DNA of 64,000 bases from the human T2T-CHM13v2.0 reference genome, Homo sapiens (GCF_009914755.1 NC_060942.1), one strand, 5' to 3'; positions 12,608-26,764 are shown, numbered from the stretch's first letter. Translations and numbers: made by a program. The notes: a model not told the origin generated them from the sequence alone.

Positions 12608-13147
12608 TAGTGTGGGAGTACTGGCATGGACAGAGAGAACATGGAACTTCATCTGAGCCTTGGAAGCACACAGTGGTGTCAGGCTCCAGGCACACTCCAA
12701 AGGGCCACCTCAGAACAATTCGGGAAGGTGGAGCCTGGCTTTAGAGCCCTCTTGAGCTATGAGGCTTTCCTAGGAGGCTGGGAGACTCCAGGGTGAAGCC
12801 AACAGCTTCCGATGATCTGCAAGGTTTGAGAACACTGTGGCCAGCCATGCATGTCCTCCCTGAAGAAGGCATGTCCAGGGATCTTCTGGGCTGTCCAGGG
12901 CTGAGACACTGTCACAGGCTGAAGGGTTAATGCAATTCCTGATTTCTCCCCCTCCATTTTCTGTGAAACCTTTCGATACTGGCTAGAGAAGAGATGGGTA
13001 GCCTCCAAATAATTATTGCAGCTTTGAGGTTATTTATGTTTATTTTGGAGAGCGAGACCAAGAAAACTAAAGCAAAAGAATATTTTTTCCCCACCAAACA
13101 AAGGTGAACAGTGGGTCTAAGAAGTTTACTTAAAATATATCATTGTA

Positions 13148-13230
13148 GTCAACCTACAGAACGTGAGGAAATATTTGCAAATCATATTTCTGATAAAAGA
13201 TTAATAACCAGAATATGTAACAACTTGTAA
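13148..13230 (+). mobile_element. L1 ORF2-end fragment
   Basis: caacctacagaa...aaatatttgcaaatcatat.tctgataa...ttaata.ccagaatat matches the L1 consensus. Confidence 0.7.
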
Positions 13231-13244
13231 ATGAATATGTAAAA

Positions 13245-13379
13245 CTCATTCCGCCTGCTCCCACACTGTGGCGTGTACTTTCATTTTCAATAAATCCCTT
13301 CATTCCTTCCTTGCTTTGTGCGTTTTGTCCAATTCTTTGTTCAAGACGCCAAGAACCTGGACACCCTCCACCGTTAACA
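13245..13379 (+). mobile_element. ERV1 LTR 3' end fragment (MER51-like)
   Basis: ttcaataaatcc...gcgttttgtccaattctttgttcaagacgccaagaacctggacaccctccaccgttaaca; poly(A) signal and terminal CA present. Confidence 0.75.
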
Positions 13380-13380
13380 A

Positions 13381-13421
13381 CACAGTGCTGGGATTATAGG
13401 CATGAGCCACCGCGCCCGGCC
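13381..13421 (-). mobile_element. Alu 5'-end fragment (~40 bp)
   Basis: agtgctgggattataggcatgagccaccgcgcccggcc is the reverse complement of the first ~40 nt of Alu. Confidence 0.85.
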
Positions 13422-16400
13422 TTAAAGGCATTTTTAAACATACCATTAAAGAGCACCGAATAGAGTTGGATGCTAATTTATTATTAGGAAGTACCACAAG
13501 AAAGTAACAGAGGACTGATGAGGATATAAAATCCCAGGAAATCCTATGTCCTGCTTCCTGGGGTCAAAACTTCCCCACCTTCTACCCCATTCTCTCCCCA
13601 GCTGTTCCTCAGCAGAACACATGAATCTGTTACAGCCTGTGTTGCTCCCAGGCCAACTGTCCTCCGCAAGAATGGGCTGGCCATAGCCAAAGCCCTCTGC
13701 TACCTTGGCATCTTGAAGGCTGAAATCAAAGACAAGTAAATGTGTATTTTTCCCAAATTGAAGCCGTTTATTTCTTGTTGCCTCAAAGAGAGGATAGGAA
13801 CAAAGGATTAGAGACTCAAGGGGAGGAGAGGTATAAAGGATTACAGACTGCAATTAATCAGGCCTAGAGAGGCAAATGCAGGTTAATGCAACCTGGAAAG
13901 GGAATCCCAGCCAAAAGCTGCCAGGATCTCCCCTATTAATTTCCATACCCTGCCTGGTCAAAAATACCCTGAAGGCGACTTCACAGATCCTTGGTTAAGG
14001 TGAAGAGCTCAGCTTGGGGTGACTAAATTGTTCTGAGTACTGCTTGCTTTGCACTTTTTGTGGAGCTGGGACAGAGGAGCAAGATGTAGGGAAGCTTCCA
14101 CCAGACACTGGGGGTCTGGAACCATTCAGAAAAGCCTTGGGGAAGGGCCTCTGAGCAGAGCACTCACCACAGTCATGGTGGAAGCAGCTGTGGCCCATGC
14201 TAATTTGTTTAGAAGCCCACAGCCTTTCTCCTCTACAAGCTAACTATGAGTCAGAACACAGTGATGGGGAGAAATGTGTGTATACGATGCTGGCGTGTGT
14301 ACTGCTTGCTTATAGAAAGAAGTGAGTGTGTATTCACTCTGGCTGTGAGTTCTGTGGTAACATTTAACACATTTATAGGAAAAAGTGGAGTGGCTCATGT
14401 TTGGTACAGAATTATTTCGGTTCATGAATGAGCTTCACTGGCGGGCCAGGAATGCCCTAGATAGGCACTGCAGCTCATCCGGGGACAGTTATCCCAGTGG
14501 AAGAAATCAGTGGCCACTGGTGGGGTCAAGGGGAAGAAGCAGCAGTTCCACCCTCGTTTCCTAGCTTTGCCCATTTCCAACCTGAGAGGGAGGCAATGTC
14601 TCGTTCTTTTCCACTTCCCGGATGTGGCTGGCTGTATTCAGAAACTCATCCCAGTATTCTTTCTGTTCTCTCTGGACTCCACTTTTGCCACTCTTGCTCA
14701 AAAGAGACAAGGAGAAGTGAGAAAATCAAAGACATCAGGTCAGCCCCAGGGCATCCTCTATGGGTACTCAGGCATCCCCACACCCCCACTAAGAAGGAGT
14801 GAGACAATGGACAGATGGTCTTCTCCTCCAGGGTTTGATGGCCAGGGATATGAATAGAAAACTCAAAAAATAAACAACGCTTGGGTTTTCTTATGCCACA
14901 GAGGATGAAAAGCTCCTTAGAATCACTTCCCATAGTCATGAATAGAATAAAGCCTAATGACTGGAATGAGTTTGAACTGGGAAGGAGGTGAGTAGAGAGG
15001 GCGAGAAGTGGGGCTGAGTGTGATGCCCACTTCCAGGTAACCAAGAAATGACCACATTAAAAAACAAAAAAGGCAGGTTTGGTGGGTTTCTGGAAGGTAT
15101 GTGAAGTCCAAAGGAAATAAGGCAGATAAGACACTGTAAGTGGAAAGGGGCAGATGACAGTAAACGGCTCACACATGCTATCCCAAGTTTCCACCCAGGG
15201 TTCTGTGTTGTTTTCTCCCAGATTAAGAAATGATATCACTGACCTGATAGATTAGAAAGTACCTCCAGACTCAAGCCACCTGCTCTTCCGTTAATTTGTT
15301 GATTTTAATCTCCTAAGAGTTCTCCTAAGAGTTCATTACATACCCTCTCACCAGAAAGACAGCCTGGGCCAGTCCACATTTGTAAAATTTCTTGGTGAAT
15401 CAGACCATTGAGTAGCATGCACTTCCATATTTAGGGCATGTATGTAAGTGCTTTCTTGGCAACCAATGGCCCAGGCACACAGCTAGCTTGTTCACTCTGA
15501 ATTCCCTTGTATCTAACTTGTTATCCTTAACTCAGAGAGAGTGTGAACTCAGCACTGCATTGAGCTACAGAGGAGTAACTGTGCATGGGACTTATTTGTC
15601 TCAAGAAGAAGAGTCACTTTTAAAATATGACAACTTTATAACAAAAAAAGTGAATTGGTTTCTGAGAAAGAATGAAGATTAAGAAAAAAACAACATAGCA
15701 TGCCCGGAAGAAAGCACAAAGGGTAGGAAAATTCCCAAGAATGGCCTTATGCTGATGGCCCTGTATCGGGACCCTGCCCTCATGGAAGAGCTGTCAGATA
15801 GTCTCAAAGGAGCCCGGAAGCCACTCTGAGATGAAGGAGACACAGGTGAGGAGCTGGCACTAGGAACAGGAGACCAAGTCCTCCAGGTTGCCACCCCATC
15901 CATGGAAAACTATTGTTTTCAAACCAGACAAGCCATCCTTGCGATCTATTTCTCCCCTTTAGGCAGTCACAGGATGTTAGAGAAAACAAACAATTACAAA
16001 AATTAAATGGCAAATATAAACACAAAATCCCAGCTTGCACAAACCGGGCTGACATCTGTGGACTCAGCAGCCCCACGAGCCCAGCTCACGGAGGCCTCCT
16101 AAGAACAGCAAAAAACCCAGCGGAAGATCACAGGGAAGGAGAAAGCAGACTCTTTAAATTCAAGGCACTGTTAAGATGATATAGAAATACAACAGAACTG
16201 AGGCATGGTATTTTATGTAGCAGTAGTAAGGAAATCATAAAATGTTTACATGCTATTGACAAGTCTGCATGTTAATCTTCCTAAATCAAAACCTCAGTAA
16301 AATTATATCCTTCTACAAGTGGATTAAGGGAATTGGGTCAGCTTGGGTTTCCCCAGGTCTTACTTGGAAGGTAATACCGAAAGGTCAGTATTTTGGGATA

Positions 16401-17829
16401 TCCAATTACCTGAAAATACTCAAAGTAGAGAGATCAACACATAATTAATGATTGACAATGAGACTGGAAGTTCCCAGAGAGCACACTGTTCTATGCTCTC
16501 CCAAGAGCAACTACAAGGGCTGAGCACAAGGCAAGCACTCGATGGACCAGAGGAGAAGGGGCCTGCCTGGGGTCATGCAACTGAAGGCCTGGGGAGGATG
16601 CCTCTTCTCACCTCCCACTCTCGGTGATTCTCCACTGTGTGCTCCTTATCAGCAAGGAGGTTTGCCTTCACACTCTGCTCCTTCCTCATATCTTGGTTGC
16701 ACTCCTGTTCCCAAAGATGCCTCCCTCACTTTCCATATTCTTCCCCTGTTCATATGATCCAGTTCAAATCTTAGCTCCCACATAAAGCTTGCCCAACTGT
16801 GCAAGCGTGTCCTCTCCAGCCTTGAAACTTGTACAGCACGAAGCATCCAAACCCTCAAATAGACCCTTCCACAATTTCTTCTGATGCCTCTTATGTCACT
16901 TAACTCGTGCATGAGACAACTCCTTCAGCATCTTCCTGAGGCCTTTGTGATGTCAGAAATCACAAAGATTGTCTTCTTTCTCCATAGCATGCAACATAGT
17001 TCAATTTGAAACCCAGGGATGAGCAACAGCATCAGAGATGTAATCAGGAGAGCCTGTCTCCGCATGCCACGTGGGGAAGTGGCCACTTCTACAGGGGACT
17101 GGCCTTTATTCCAACCTCATCATAAGGTGAGTACCGGGTGAGTTCTAGCCTGCTAAGCAGTTGTTCGCACTAGAGTGTCACTGTTCTTACGACGCTTCAC
17201 TTCTATGGATCTGAATTTCTATTTTAAGATGCCATGACTTCTATAATTTAAAGATCCAGGAGGATTTAGTCTATTGTTAGCTTAAAGAGGACAGGACATT
17301 GGTCAGAAAAGAAGTGCAAGGTAGGTTGCAACCCAGTTCGTGTTAACTTCAAACAAGGACCTAGAAAGAACCTCAGGGAGACTGTGGCTCAAAACCTCAT
17401 TTGAAGCTATGAAATGAAAGACCAGAGAGGGTCTGCTATCTGTGGAGATTCACTCAGCTGGTTGGTGACAGTCTCCCGATGGCTAGGCAAGTACACTTTC
17501 ACCACACCACGGTGGCTCTCCCTGCCAAAAATAAAGTTATAAATAACAGTCCTTTCAATCAGGCTGGAATTCTGAAAGGAAGAGAAACCTCAGGAATGAC
17601 CACACACAACACAAATCTGCACAGCCCTGGACAAAATTATGGTACTAAAATAGCCACCTTGACTGTTACAGTCAATGAGGTCAAATGGTAGATTGAAATA
17701 AAACATTACTGAGATACAGAACTTGAATTTAAGTTCCATTTCTCACAGTAACTTGCAAAATCACATTGGGCAGGTCATTTCCCTCTCTTGGCCTCACTTT
17801 CTCAGGTGTAAAAACTGACGCTTACAGGG

Positions 17830-17997
17830 TTTCTCATTGGGAAACTCCTGGTGTTTTGACAGGTCCATTCTTGCTTGGGGACTGTTCCCTTACATTATAG
17901 ACCACTAAGCCTCCCTGGCCTCAGGCCCCATCATTGTGTCAACTAATCAACTAAAAATGGCCCCACACATTTTAAACTGCCCTAAGTTGAGAACCAC
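17830..17997. mobile_element. hAT-Charlie MITE remnant (MER20-like)
   Basis: Terminal gttgagaaccac preceded by tgtcaactaa...aaaaatggcccc; degraded. Confidence 0.4.
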
Positions 17998-18088
17998 CAG
18001 GAAGCTCTCCAATGCCCCTGCTGGCTGTAAAGTATGAGCAGGAAGCCACTCCCAGGTAGCAGATAGAGCGAGACAGGCGGCAGGCCTA

Positions 18089-18379
<291 letters not shown>

Positions 18380-18519
18380 TCAGGAGGAGTGTGGGAGACA
18401 AGCCGCCCCCCACCAATGTCTTCCACCCTCCTGCCCAGAGGGAAAACAAGCCAAACTCAAGGCCTCCCAGCCCTCCAGAATCCCAGCACATGCCCTGCTG
18501 CCAGCCCAGCAGTCTCTCT

Positions 18520-18539
18520 CACACACACACACACACACA

Positions 18540-18584
<45 letters not shown>
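18520..18584. repeat. Interrupted (CA)~32 microsatellite
   Basis: Direct reading; one G interruption at 18540; about 165 nt upstream of the exon 10 acceptor in transcript orientation. Confidence 0.95.
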
Positions 18585-18587
<3 letters not shown>

Positions 18588-21574
18588 TAAGTGGAGATGA
18601 CAGAGCCCATAAGAGAGCAATGCTCAGACTGGTCATTCCACCTGCTAATGACCAAATTATAGGACTTTAAAAACCAAAACATTCTCCATCTTTCTTGTCC
18701 CCTCCCTCCATGCCAGGCTGCTGCTGAGTAACTGGTAAGAGGCAGGTCCTGGAGTGAAGGGAGCAGAAAGAGAATTGAGAGCTTATGACCATGCAATCCA
18801 TTCGGAGTAACGAACACATTCACACCAAATGCAGTTTGCATCTGCTGAGGTATGCATGCAGTGCTTGACCCACAGCCCAGAAAGCAATTCTCTTCCTCTC
18901 TCTTAGAATTCCTCCCTTACAGGCATTGCCTTTGACCCGACCCATCTAACCAGCTGTATGCTCAGAAACAAGCCCCAGGCTCCTAAGGTGGATGGGCCCT
19001 TCGAAGGCACTAGCCATGTTCCTCCCTTAGAAGTCAGTTCCCTACTCTGTAAAATAACATGATGGGCCAGATCAATGATTCTCTTCTGGGTGGGTAGCTT
19101 AAGTGAGAATCACCTTGAAGAGTTTCTGAAATTGTATATGATACCAGTGAGTGGTTCAGATGTGCTGGGTGAGAGGCTGAAACGCAATAGACGATGTCAC
19201 TCCCAGCACTGACCCTGCATTGTCCTATGCTTCCAAGCAGGCTCGCTTTCTTCTTAGCCTCATTGATGCTAAAATCATAGAAACTGAACTTTTTTTTCCC
19301 CAAGAAGCAAGCGTTTTAAGTATGTAAACAAAGTTCCTCAGCGTGGAAAGCTAAGATACATGGCAAACCCCTGGACCACATCTTGACCTGGGAAGATCAT
19401 CTGGAACACTTCCACTGATAATATCACACATGCTCAGAGCTGGAAAGAAACTGGAATTCCTCCAGTTTAGGCCTCTTTTCCTACAGGCAAAAAGCTGAGC
19501 TGAGCCCCAGAGAGGTACAACTACTCAACCAGGCCCCCGCCCCACCCCCAGCACAAGGCTTCTACCACGGTCCTGCCCGATGTATCTCCTGCCTACCCCA
19601 GCTGCCTCTACTGACTATGTGTGAGTCTTGACCCTCATTTACCCAAATACCAATCACATCACCTGACATTTGAGTCACTGGAAAGCCACATTTCCCACAG
19701 GGTCTTGTCTTCTTTCACCAAAAGGTACAAATTCCTTGGATAATCCTTGCAGCCCACTTGGGGCACTCTGAGAAAACCTGCTCATCGTTGTTATTCATTC
19801 TCTCACCTGTTTTTCATTCCCTCAACTGAATCCACCTGGGAAAGCTGGTAGCCCAGGCTCAAGCCTGCTGGAAAGCTTATTAACGCTGAGGCTGAAAGGG
19901 AATCCTTCAGAACATGATGTGCCATCTCCTAATGACCCTCAATTGCTTGTGGGACTCATTTTCTGATGAGGCTGACTTGTAGGATTTAAATGAGGGCTTA
20001 ATGAAAATTAACACAGATAACTGTATTATTTCTCCCTTAACACCATATCCCCAGGCAATTTTTTCCTCCTACATATATTTAAAATCCATCTACCCAAAAC
20101 AGTTATAAAATAATAGAACGCCAGAATAATAGAATCCAAAATCACTAAGGCCAGTGTTTTTCCAATGTATGGTTTATGGAACAGTAGTTGCAAAGAACAT
20201 TAGTTGGCTTTACTTAACAGAAGGAGAGGATAGGACCAGGTTAAACACAGCTGAACTGGTTTAATACACCATGTAGCACCAAGAGATAGATATTTTAAGA
20301 AGCATTTTTGGAATGTATTTGACCAAAGAATGCTTATGTTCTTAAGAAATTGCATTCTAATCCGATGTCCCTTACTATTCAGATGAAGCTGAGTGAGGCC
20401 TCCTGCCTTCTGGCCCAGAGCTCCTAACCCCAGCCCTGCAGGACAATCAGCTTGGTTTGGGCCGGGTGGGTGTGGAGAAGCCCCCATCTTTTCACACTCA
20501 GCAGAGAGTTTCCATGGCTACTTCTCCTGGCCAAGATCCTTTTTCTCTGAAGCCAACCTGTCTCCCCCGCTCCCCGACTCCCCTAAACATAAAGCCATAT
20601 GTAGTAGAGTTAAGTGCCTGGGGACCGCTTGGCAGGCAACAAGTTCAGAGGTGGCAAGCGTCCAATTTGTTCATCTGACCTATTTCCAAGAAATTCTTAA
20701 TTGCTAGGCACGGCACTGCAGATGGATTCCCTGACATTTAAGTGGCCTGCCAGCAGCTACCATGACTGCCCAAGACATGCCCACGGGCACCCTCCCCTGC
20801 CTAAGGCCTCGCGCTGTGAGTGCAGTGGAGAAAGCACAAGTTAGAGACTTGTCTGAGAAACCACCCTGGGGACCGGCTTTTAACCACCACAGTGGGGCGG
20901 GGCTTGATTTTCTCACCCTCTTCCGACTGTTGATTGAAGGTGCTGACTGAAACTGATTTAACATTGTACAATTACATTTAGGCAAAATTAAATGATGCTA
21001 AATCCATTAAAAATAGCCAATATAATAAGTAGCAGATCAGTTTTATGGGCCCATATTGCTAAATTCAAGAAACAAATTGAATGCTGTTGCATCTCCAAGG
21101 CAACCCTGGCAGTCATGGAGCACATTCTCATGCTTTAATTAAAAATAAAAACTACTGAGCAGAAGGCACACTGCGTATGGAAAGACAGCCTTTCCAATAG
21201 AAGCTCCATCCTATGTGCCCGAGGAATAAACCACAATCAGTGGGGCTCTCGGTAGCAACTATTAACGATGCATTTCTCAAGCACACATTCTGTGCCTGGC
21301 ACTGTGAGGGCACCAATGGGGCTCACCAGGCAAGCAGAGGGCAGTCTCCTCCCCAAGGACTTGTAGTCCAGCCGAGGAAGCCAGGCTGGCAGGAGTGAAG
21401 TGGACTGAACACTGCCTGGGCCCTGTCCCACCTTTGCCATTGTCATTCTAACCTCAGAGAAAGAGGTTCCCCTCTCTGGGCCTTATTTTTTCCTCCCCTG
21501 TACAGCAAGAGGGATGCTCTTAAGGTCCACTCAGGCTATAACAAGGCTGATATTAGACAAAGACTCTCTCAACC

Positions 21575-21770
21575 ACGAGCTCTGTGCTAAAACCTTTCCA
21601 CACAGGGCTTTCTGGGATCTTCACTCCAGCCCTGAGGCAGGTGGTTATCCACACTTTACTGAAGAGGAAACAGAGAGGTTAGCACACTTGCCGTAAGTCA
21701 CACATCCAGCAAGAAGAATCAGGATATGAACCTTGGCCATCTCGACTTAGAGTCCTTGCTGTCCACTAGC
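21575..21770. mobile_element. MIR
   Basis: ctctgtgcta...ccctgaggcaggtggttatcc.ca.ttttac.gaagaggaaacagagaggttag...gtcacac. Confidence 0.7.
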
Positions 21771-22448
21771 TCTCTGTACAGCTCTGATTGCAGAACAATG
21801 GAAGACCAGCCTAGACCACAAACCTGCACTCAAATGCCTTCTGGAACTTCCTGCCGCCTAGCAGAGAAAGGGCTGCCACACCAGGTAGCATCCAAACCTC
21901 AACCTCTCAGGCCTCCTCCCTCCTGCCCCCTTTACCACCTGCATCCTCCATCCATGCCTCCCTAAGAGGCCCTGATGTTCCCACCCTCATACTATCTCCA
22001 CACAAACACTCAGTGGGTACTAGAGGGAGAACAGTGAGCCCAACAGATACAGTCCTAATAAACACTCACTTCCCTTCTCACCTGAACGTTCTCCGGAGGC
22101 TGGGTGTGGAGGGTCAACTATAAGATCAGAGACACTTCACTTACAGGCTTAAGCCTTAATTTTGCTGGTCTCGCCCCCCAATGCAGGTAGGTGCCCACGG
22201 ACTCCCCAGCCCTGGTTCTCATGCTAACCATCAGCCTCACTAAGATCTCAGAATTGCCCATCCACTCTTACTCTCCTGTGTGCCACCCCTGAGGCCTGGA
22301 GAGCCTCAGTCATCCACCCATCTACTTCTTGGGTACCTGGTGAGTGCTGAGCACCACAATAGATGCTGGTGATAGACTAAAGAGCGAGAACTGACCCTAC
22401 TCTTTCAGAGTTTGGAGTGTCACAAAGGAGAAAGGTAGGCAGCAAGTA

Positions 22449-22450
<2 letters not shown>

Positions 22451-22489
<39 letters not shown>
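22451..22489. repeat. (AC)19 microsatellite
   Basis: Direct reading. Confidence 0.95.
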
Positions 22490-22494
<5 letters not shown>

Positions 22495-24157
22495 CTCAGC
22501 CCCACAGAGGAGAGGTAAGAACCCATGAAAGAAGAAGTGACCTGTGAAGGGCCTGGGGAGGAGCAGGGTGTTGGGCGGGCTGGAGGTCCACAGACCACAG
22601 AGCACATCTGTCACCTTTCCTGCCTCTTACCAGCCTCAGCCAGGCCTTGGTCACTGCAGGTGTTCCTCATCTCACCTGTCCCTGACACAGAGTACAGCTG
22701 CCCTGAGGAACCACAGGACATTGACTGAGCTGTATGCATGGGGAGGCACAGATGCTCTATGCCTTTCTTATCAGGGGAAAGACACTGGGACAATACATCA
22801 CTGGCCCTGAAGACTCAGATTACGGGAAGGTTTGTCCTGCACTGGAGGTTCCTCCACCACCCCCTGGGCCACAGGTCCTCCTCTGAACATGACAGTCCTT
22901 CTCATGGCATCACTGCTGCCAACTCCACTGTACCATGCCCTCCTTCCCCCTAAGGTGAGCACCCACACAGGTATATAAGCAGCAGATGTCCAAAACAGCT
23001 CCAGGGCACCTAACGCTACCAGCACCAACACCTCCTCCTTTTCCACTGGGCCCGACAGGGGAGCTTCAAGGCTCTCACGAGGCTGCAGAGTCCATGCCAG
23101 GGATGGCAGCAGGCCAGACAGGCCCAGGGGCCCTCTCAAACCCTAGATCATTCCCCACAGATTGTGTATCCATCCATGGATGATACACAATGAGCTCTAC
23201 TGAATCCCAGCTACAGTTCAGGTCTTCCTCTCCCTGAAGACAGGGCCAGTTTGAACTTCTCATAACCCCCAACTCTAGACAAACAGAAGGAGGTTAATTT
23301 ACGTCCACTCAATTGAATAAGCATTAGCTTGTGAGCAGCATGGACACGTGCCCTCAGGTAGTGTTGTCTTTTGTATTTTTCCAGTGTCTGGTTATTTAAA
23401 TTCCAAGTCCCTGGAAGCAAGAATCATACTTTGTACCTCCCCAGAACCTGGCCATAAATGGGCATAAGAGGTATAGAATAAACAGTTGCAGATTCACCTA
23501 TCCAAGGTTAGAATACCAGCTTTAGCTTTTCCCAACACCATTAAATTCCAGAAGGCACAGCAATTGCTGTGGGTGCCACTTCCCTGGTGCTTACTCCATC
23601 ACCCGTCCATCCACTTAGACATTTACCTACCACATATCAGTACTACATTGGGCATCAGGAAAATAACCTTCATTATGAGCCTTCACGGAGCACTTGACAG
23701 CTTGCAGTACTTTCACATGTGTGTCTCACTTAACAGCCTGCCTTGTGCTGTCAGAATCTTGGCAAGGGTTGCCACCTGTCTTGTCCACCCAATTAGACTA
23801 TAAGCCCCTTTGAAGCATCACCAGGTACAGTGCCCTGTGCCCTTTCATCTCCTTGCAGTGGGGACCTCAGTCTGGCACTCAGAAAGTACTCAATTGATTG
23901 ACAACAAGTAGAATTCTGTGTACTTCAGGGTACTTGGGAAATCAACCCAACAAAAAGAATTTATCAAATAGCCACTACATTCCCTGTCCTCGGCAACAGA
24001 AACTTGATGGCAGCTGATTTTTAAAGGGTTGGCTCTTTTAAAAAATTATCAGCAAGTGAACAGAAACCATTACTGTTAAGAATAAATAACCTATGAGTGT
24101 CCTCTAACTGGAAAGACACATTTCAGTCATATCAAAGAACAGGGTAAATTGTGTTCA

Positions 24158-24325
<168 letters not shown>

Positions 24326-25830
24326 TCAGTATCCATGGTCGGACAGAAAGGACATTTTACCCCTTTTAAGGACATTTTTTTTTTTAATAAGGTTTGATTT
24401 TTCTTTCTGACCCGATGACTCCTAAAATGATCCAGGCTCCTCACCAAGTAATTACCACTCACAGTAACAGCTCAGAGGGCAAAGGGGCTCCTTGGACTAA
24501 AAAGAAAATATCTTCACTATGATCGTCCTGACCAAATCAGATGGGTCAAGCTGCCATTTTAACTTCTCAAAGAGCAAAGCAGAGGCAGCAATCCTGCAGG
24601 CTCATTTTGGGCTTCATTTCAACCAAACACTTTATGGATGTTTTTATGAGTTTAATAAGAATGGTCATGTATCTGCAATCATTTTTTCTCCAACATAATA
24701 TCCTGTAAACATCTGTGACACACATCCCCAGTGCCAATGAGGGAAGAAAAGGAGAAACTTCTCTTGGGATTGCTGTTCTGGGGCTGGATGGCCAGCTGGC
24801 CCCTGGCCATCCCCAGATGGAGCAGCTGTTCGCCACACTATATGCACTGTCATAGGCAGGCACACTGATCCCAGAACCACTGTGGCAGCAATCACGTGTT
24901 GTCAGATTTGTTATTTACCTATACGAATCATCAAAGGCATGGATAATCTCTTAATTTGTATTTAGCTTGCAAGGCATTGGCGTTTTTACAGAATGATTCA
25001 GACTCATTTTTAAAAGACTACAGAACAATAGAATGAATACCAGTGAACCTTCCACTTAGTTTAAGAAATACAGCTGCTCTCCCCATTCCTCCCAGCTGCA
25101 GTTAATTTTTAAGGCAATATTTTATTCAGGCTAAAAAACAGTAACACCTGTAAAAATGGGAGGCACAGATGTGCCATGCTAGGATTAAAAAATTTCCCCA
25201 GATAATCTACAAAGTGGACAACCCAAGCAACATTAACTCTAGGCTTTTATGTTAGATGGCCACTACCATGTAAGCATCATAGATTTACTTTTTTGATTTT
25301 ATTATGTAAAATTTCAAAACATACAAAGTAAAGAATAACAAAGTAAATAATATAATGAATCCCTGTTCTTGCTTGTCATTAGATTCCCAGGGCCTTGAAC
25401 ACTGCCTGGAACATAGCAGGTGCTCAGAAACCTGAATGGTAGAATGACCGGATCGCTGGCTACTACACAGGCTGCAAGTATTTGCAGCTATCAAAACATA
25501 TGCATTATTTGAATACGTGGTATTAGCTTAAAAATCCCCCCCAAAAAACACCAAAGAATTTAAGCGTCCATCTTGGTTCAGCATAACTGAATACACCTGG
25601 TGAAAGGAAGACAGATTAAAGCCAGAGGCTGGTATTCAGGACAAGACAGGAAGCTAGGCACTTATGCACCCTTGTAGGAGGTAAAACACTGGGGTTTTTT
25701 GTCTGAGCTTAGAGTATCTTGCTCTTAAGTCAAGTCCCATTGAAAGTGCTAGACAGGAGCTGGGTGCTGGTACCATCACGGAACAAGAAGGATATACTCC
25801 CTAGACAGTAGCTTTTCTACTTCGTTTATC

Positions 25831-26101
25831 TATTTTTTTGAGAGAGGGTCTTGCTCTGTTGCTCAGGCTGGAGTCCAGTGGCACAGTCACTGCAGCCTCA
25901 AACTCCTGGGCTCAAGCAATCCTCCCACTTCAGCCTCTTGAGTAGCTGGGACAGGTGTGTGCCAACATGGCCAGCTAATTTGTTTTATTTTTTGTAGAGA
26001 CAGGGTCTCCCGTGTTGCCCAGAACTCCTGGGTTCAAGCAATCCTCCTGCTTCAGCCTCCCAAGGTGTTGGGATTACAGGCATGAGCCACTGTACCTGGC
26101 C
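25831..26101 (-). mobile_element. Alu (AluJ-like) with small internal deletions
   Basis: tttttgagagagggtcttgctctgttgctcaggctgg ... gagccactgtacctggcc; imperfect TSD ctacttc(g/c)ttta. Confidence 0.9.
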
Positions 26102-26347
26102 TACTTCCTTTACTCTTGAGAACCAATGCTCTGTCAATTTCCAAAGACCGAACCACCCTGTCATGGTAGGAATTTAAGTGGTAGACACAGAATGAATACT
26201 GAATCCTAACAATAGTTAGGATCCTCGCACTACATTGATGAGAACATCCTTTCCTGCTGTGGGATTCTTTGAATAAGTGGTACCTCACGCTATGGGAAGC
26301 AAAAAATCTAAAAACAAAAATCAATCAAACAAACCTAAGGAGTAAAA

Positions 26348-26541
26348 CAGGGGTTGGCAAACTATGGCCCACAGCCTGTTTTCATAACTAAGTTCTATCG
26401 GAACACAGTCATGCCCACTCTGTTACGTTCTGTCTATTGCTACTTTCACAAAACAGCAGAGTTGAATGCTTTGCAACAAACTGTATGGCCCACAAAACTA
26501 AAAAAATTTACTATTTTGTCCTTTAAGTTTGCTAACCCCTG
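26348..26541. mobile_element. MER58A-like hAT-Charlie MITE
   Basis: TIRs caggggttggcaaac ... gtttgctaacccctg; internal ggaacacagtcatgcccact and aacagcagagttgaat. Confidence 0.85.
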
Positions 26542-26764
26542 CAATTAAAAAAGGGACATGTTTATTAAAGAATAGAGAAGAAAGTCTTATTACAATAATT
26601 AGTTTTACAAAAGCAATTTGCTTTGAGCATTAAAGTATCCAGTGTCCTTAGAGCCTTGGAGGGAGAATCCTCTCCTTATATCAGCTTGTGCCCACTGCCC
26701 ACATCAGCACTACAAGGGCAGCTGCCAGAGATCTTCTCCTTTCTCTGATAAATTCAGAGAAGAA

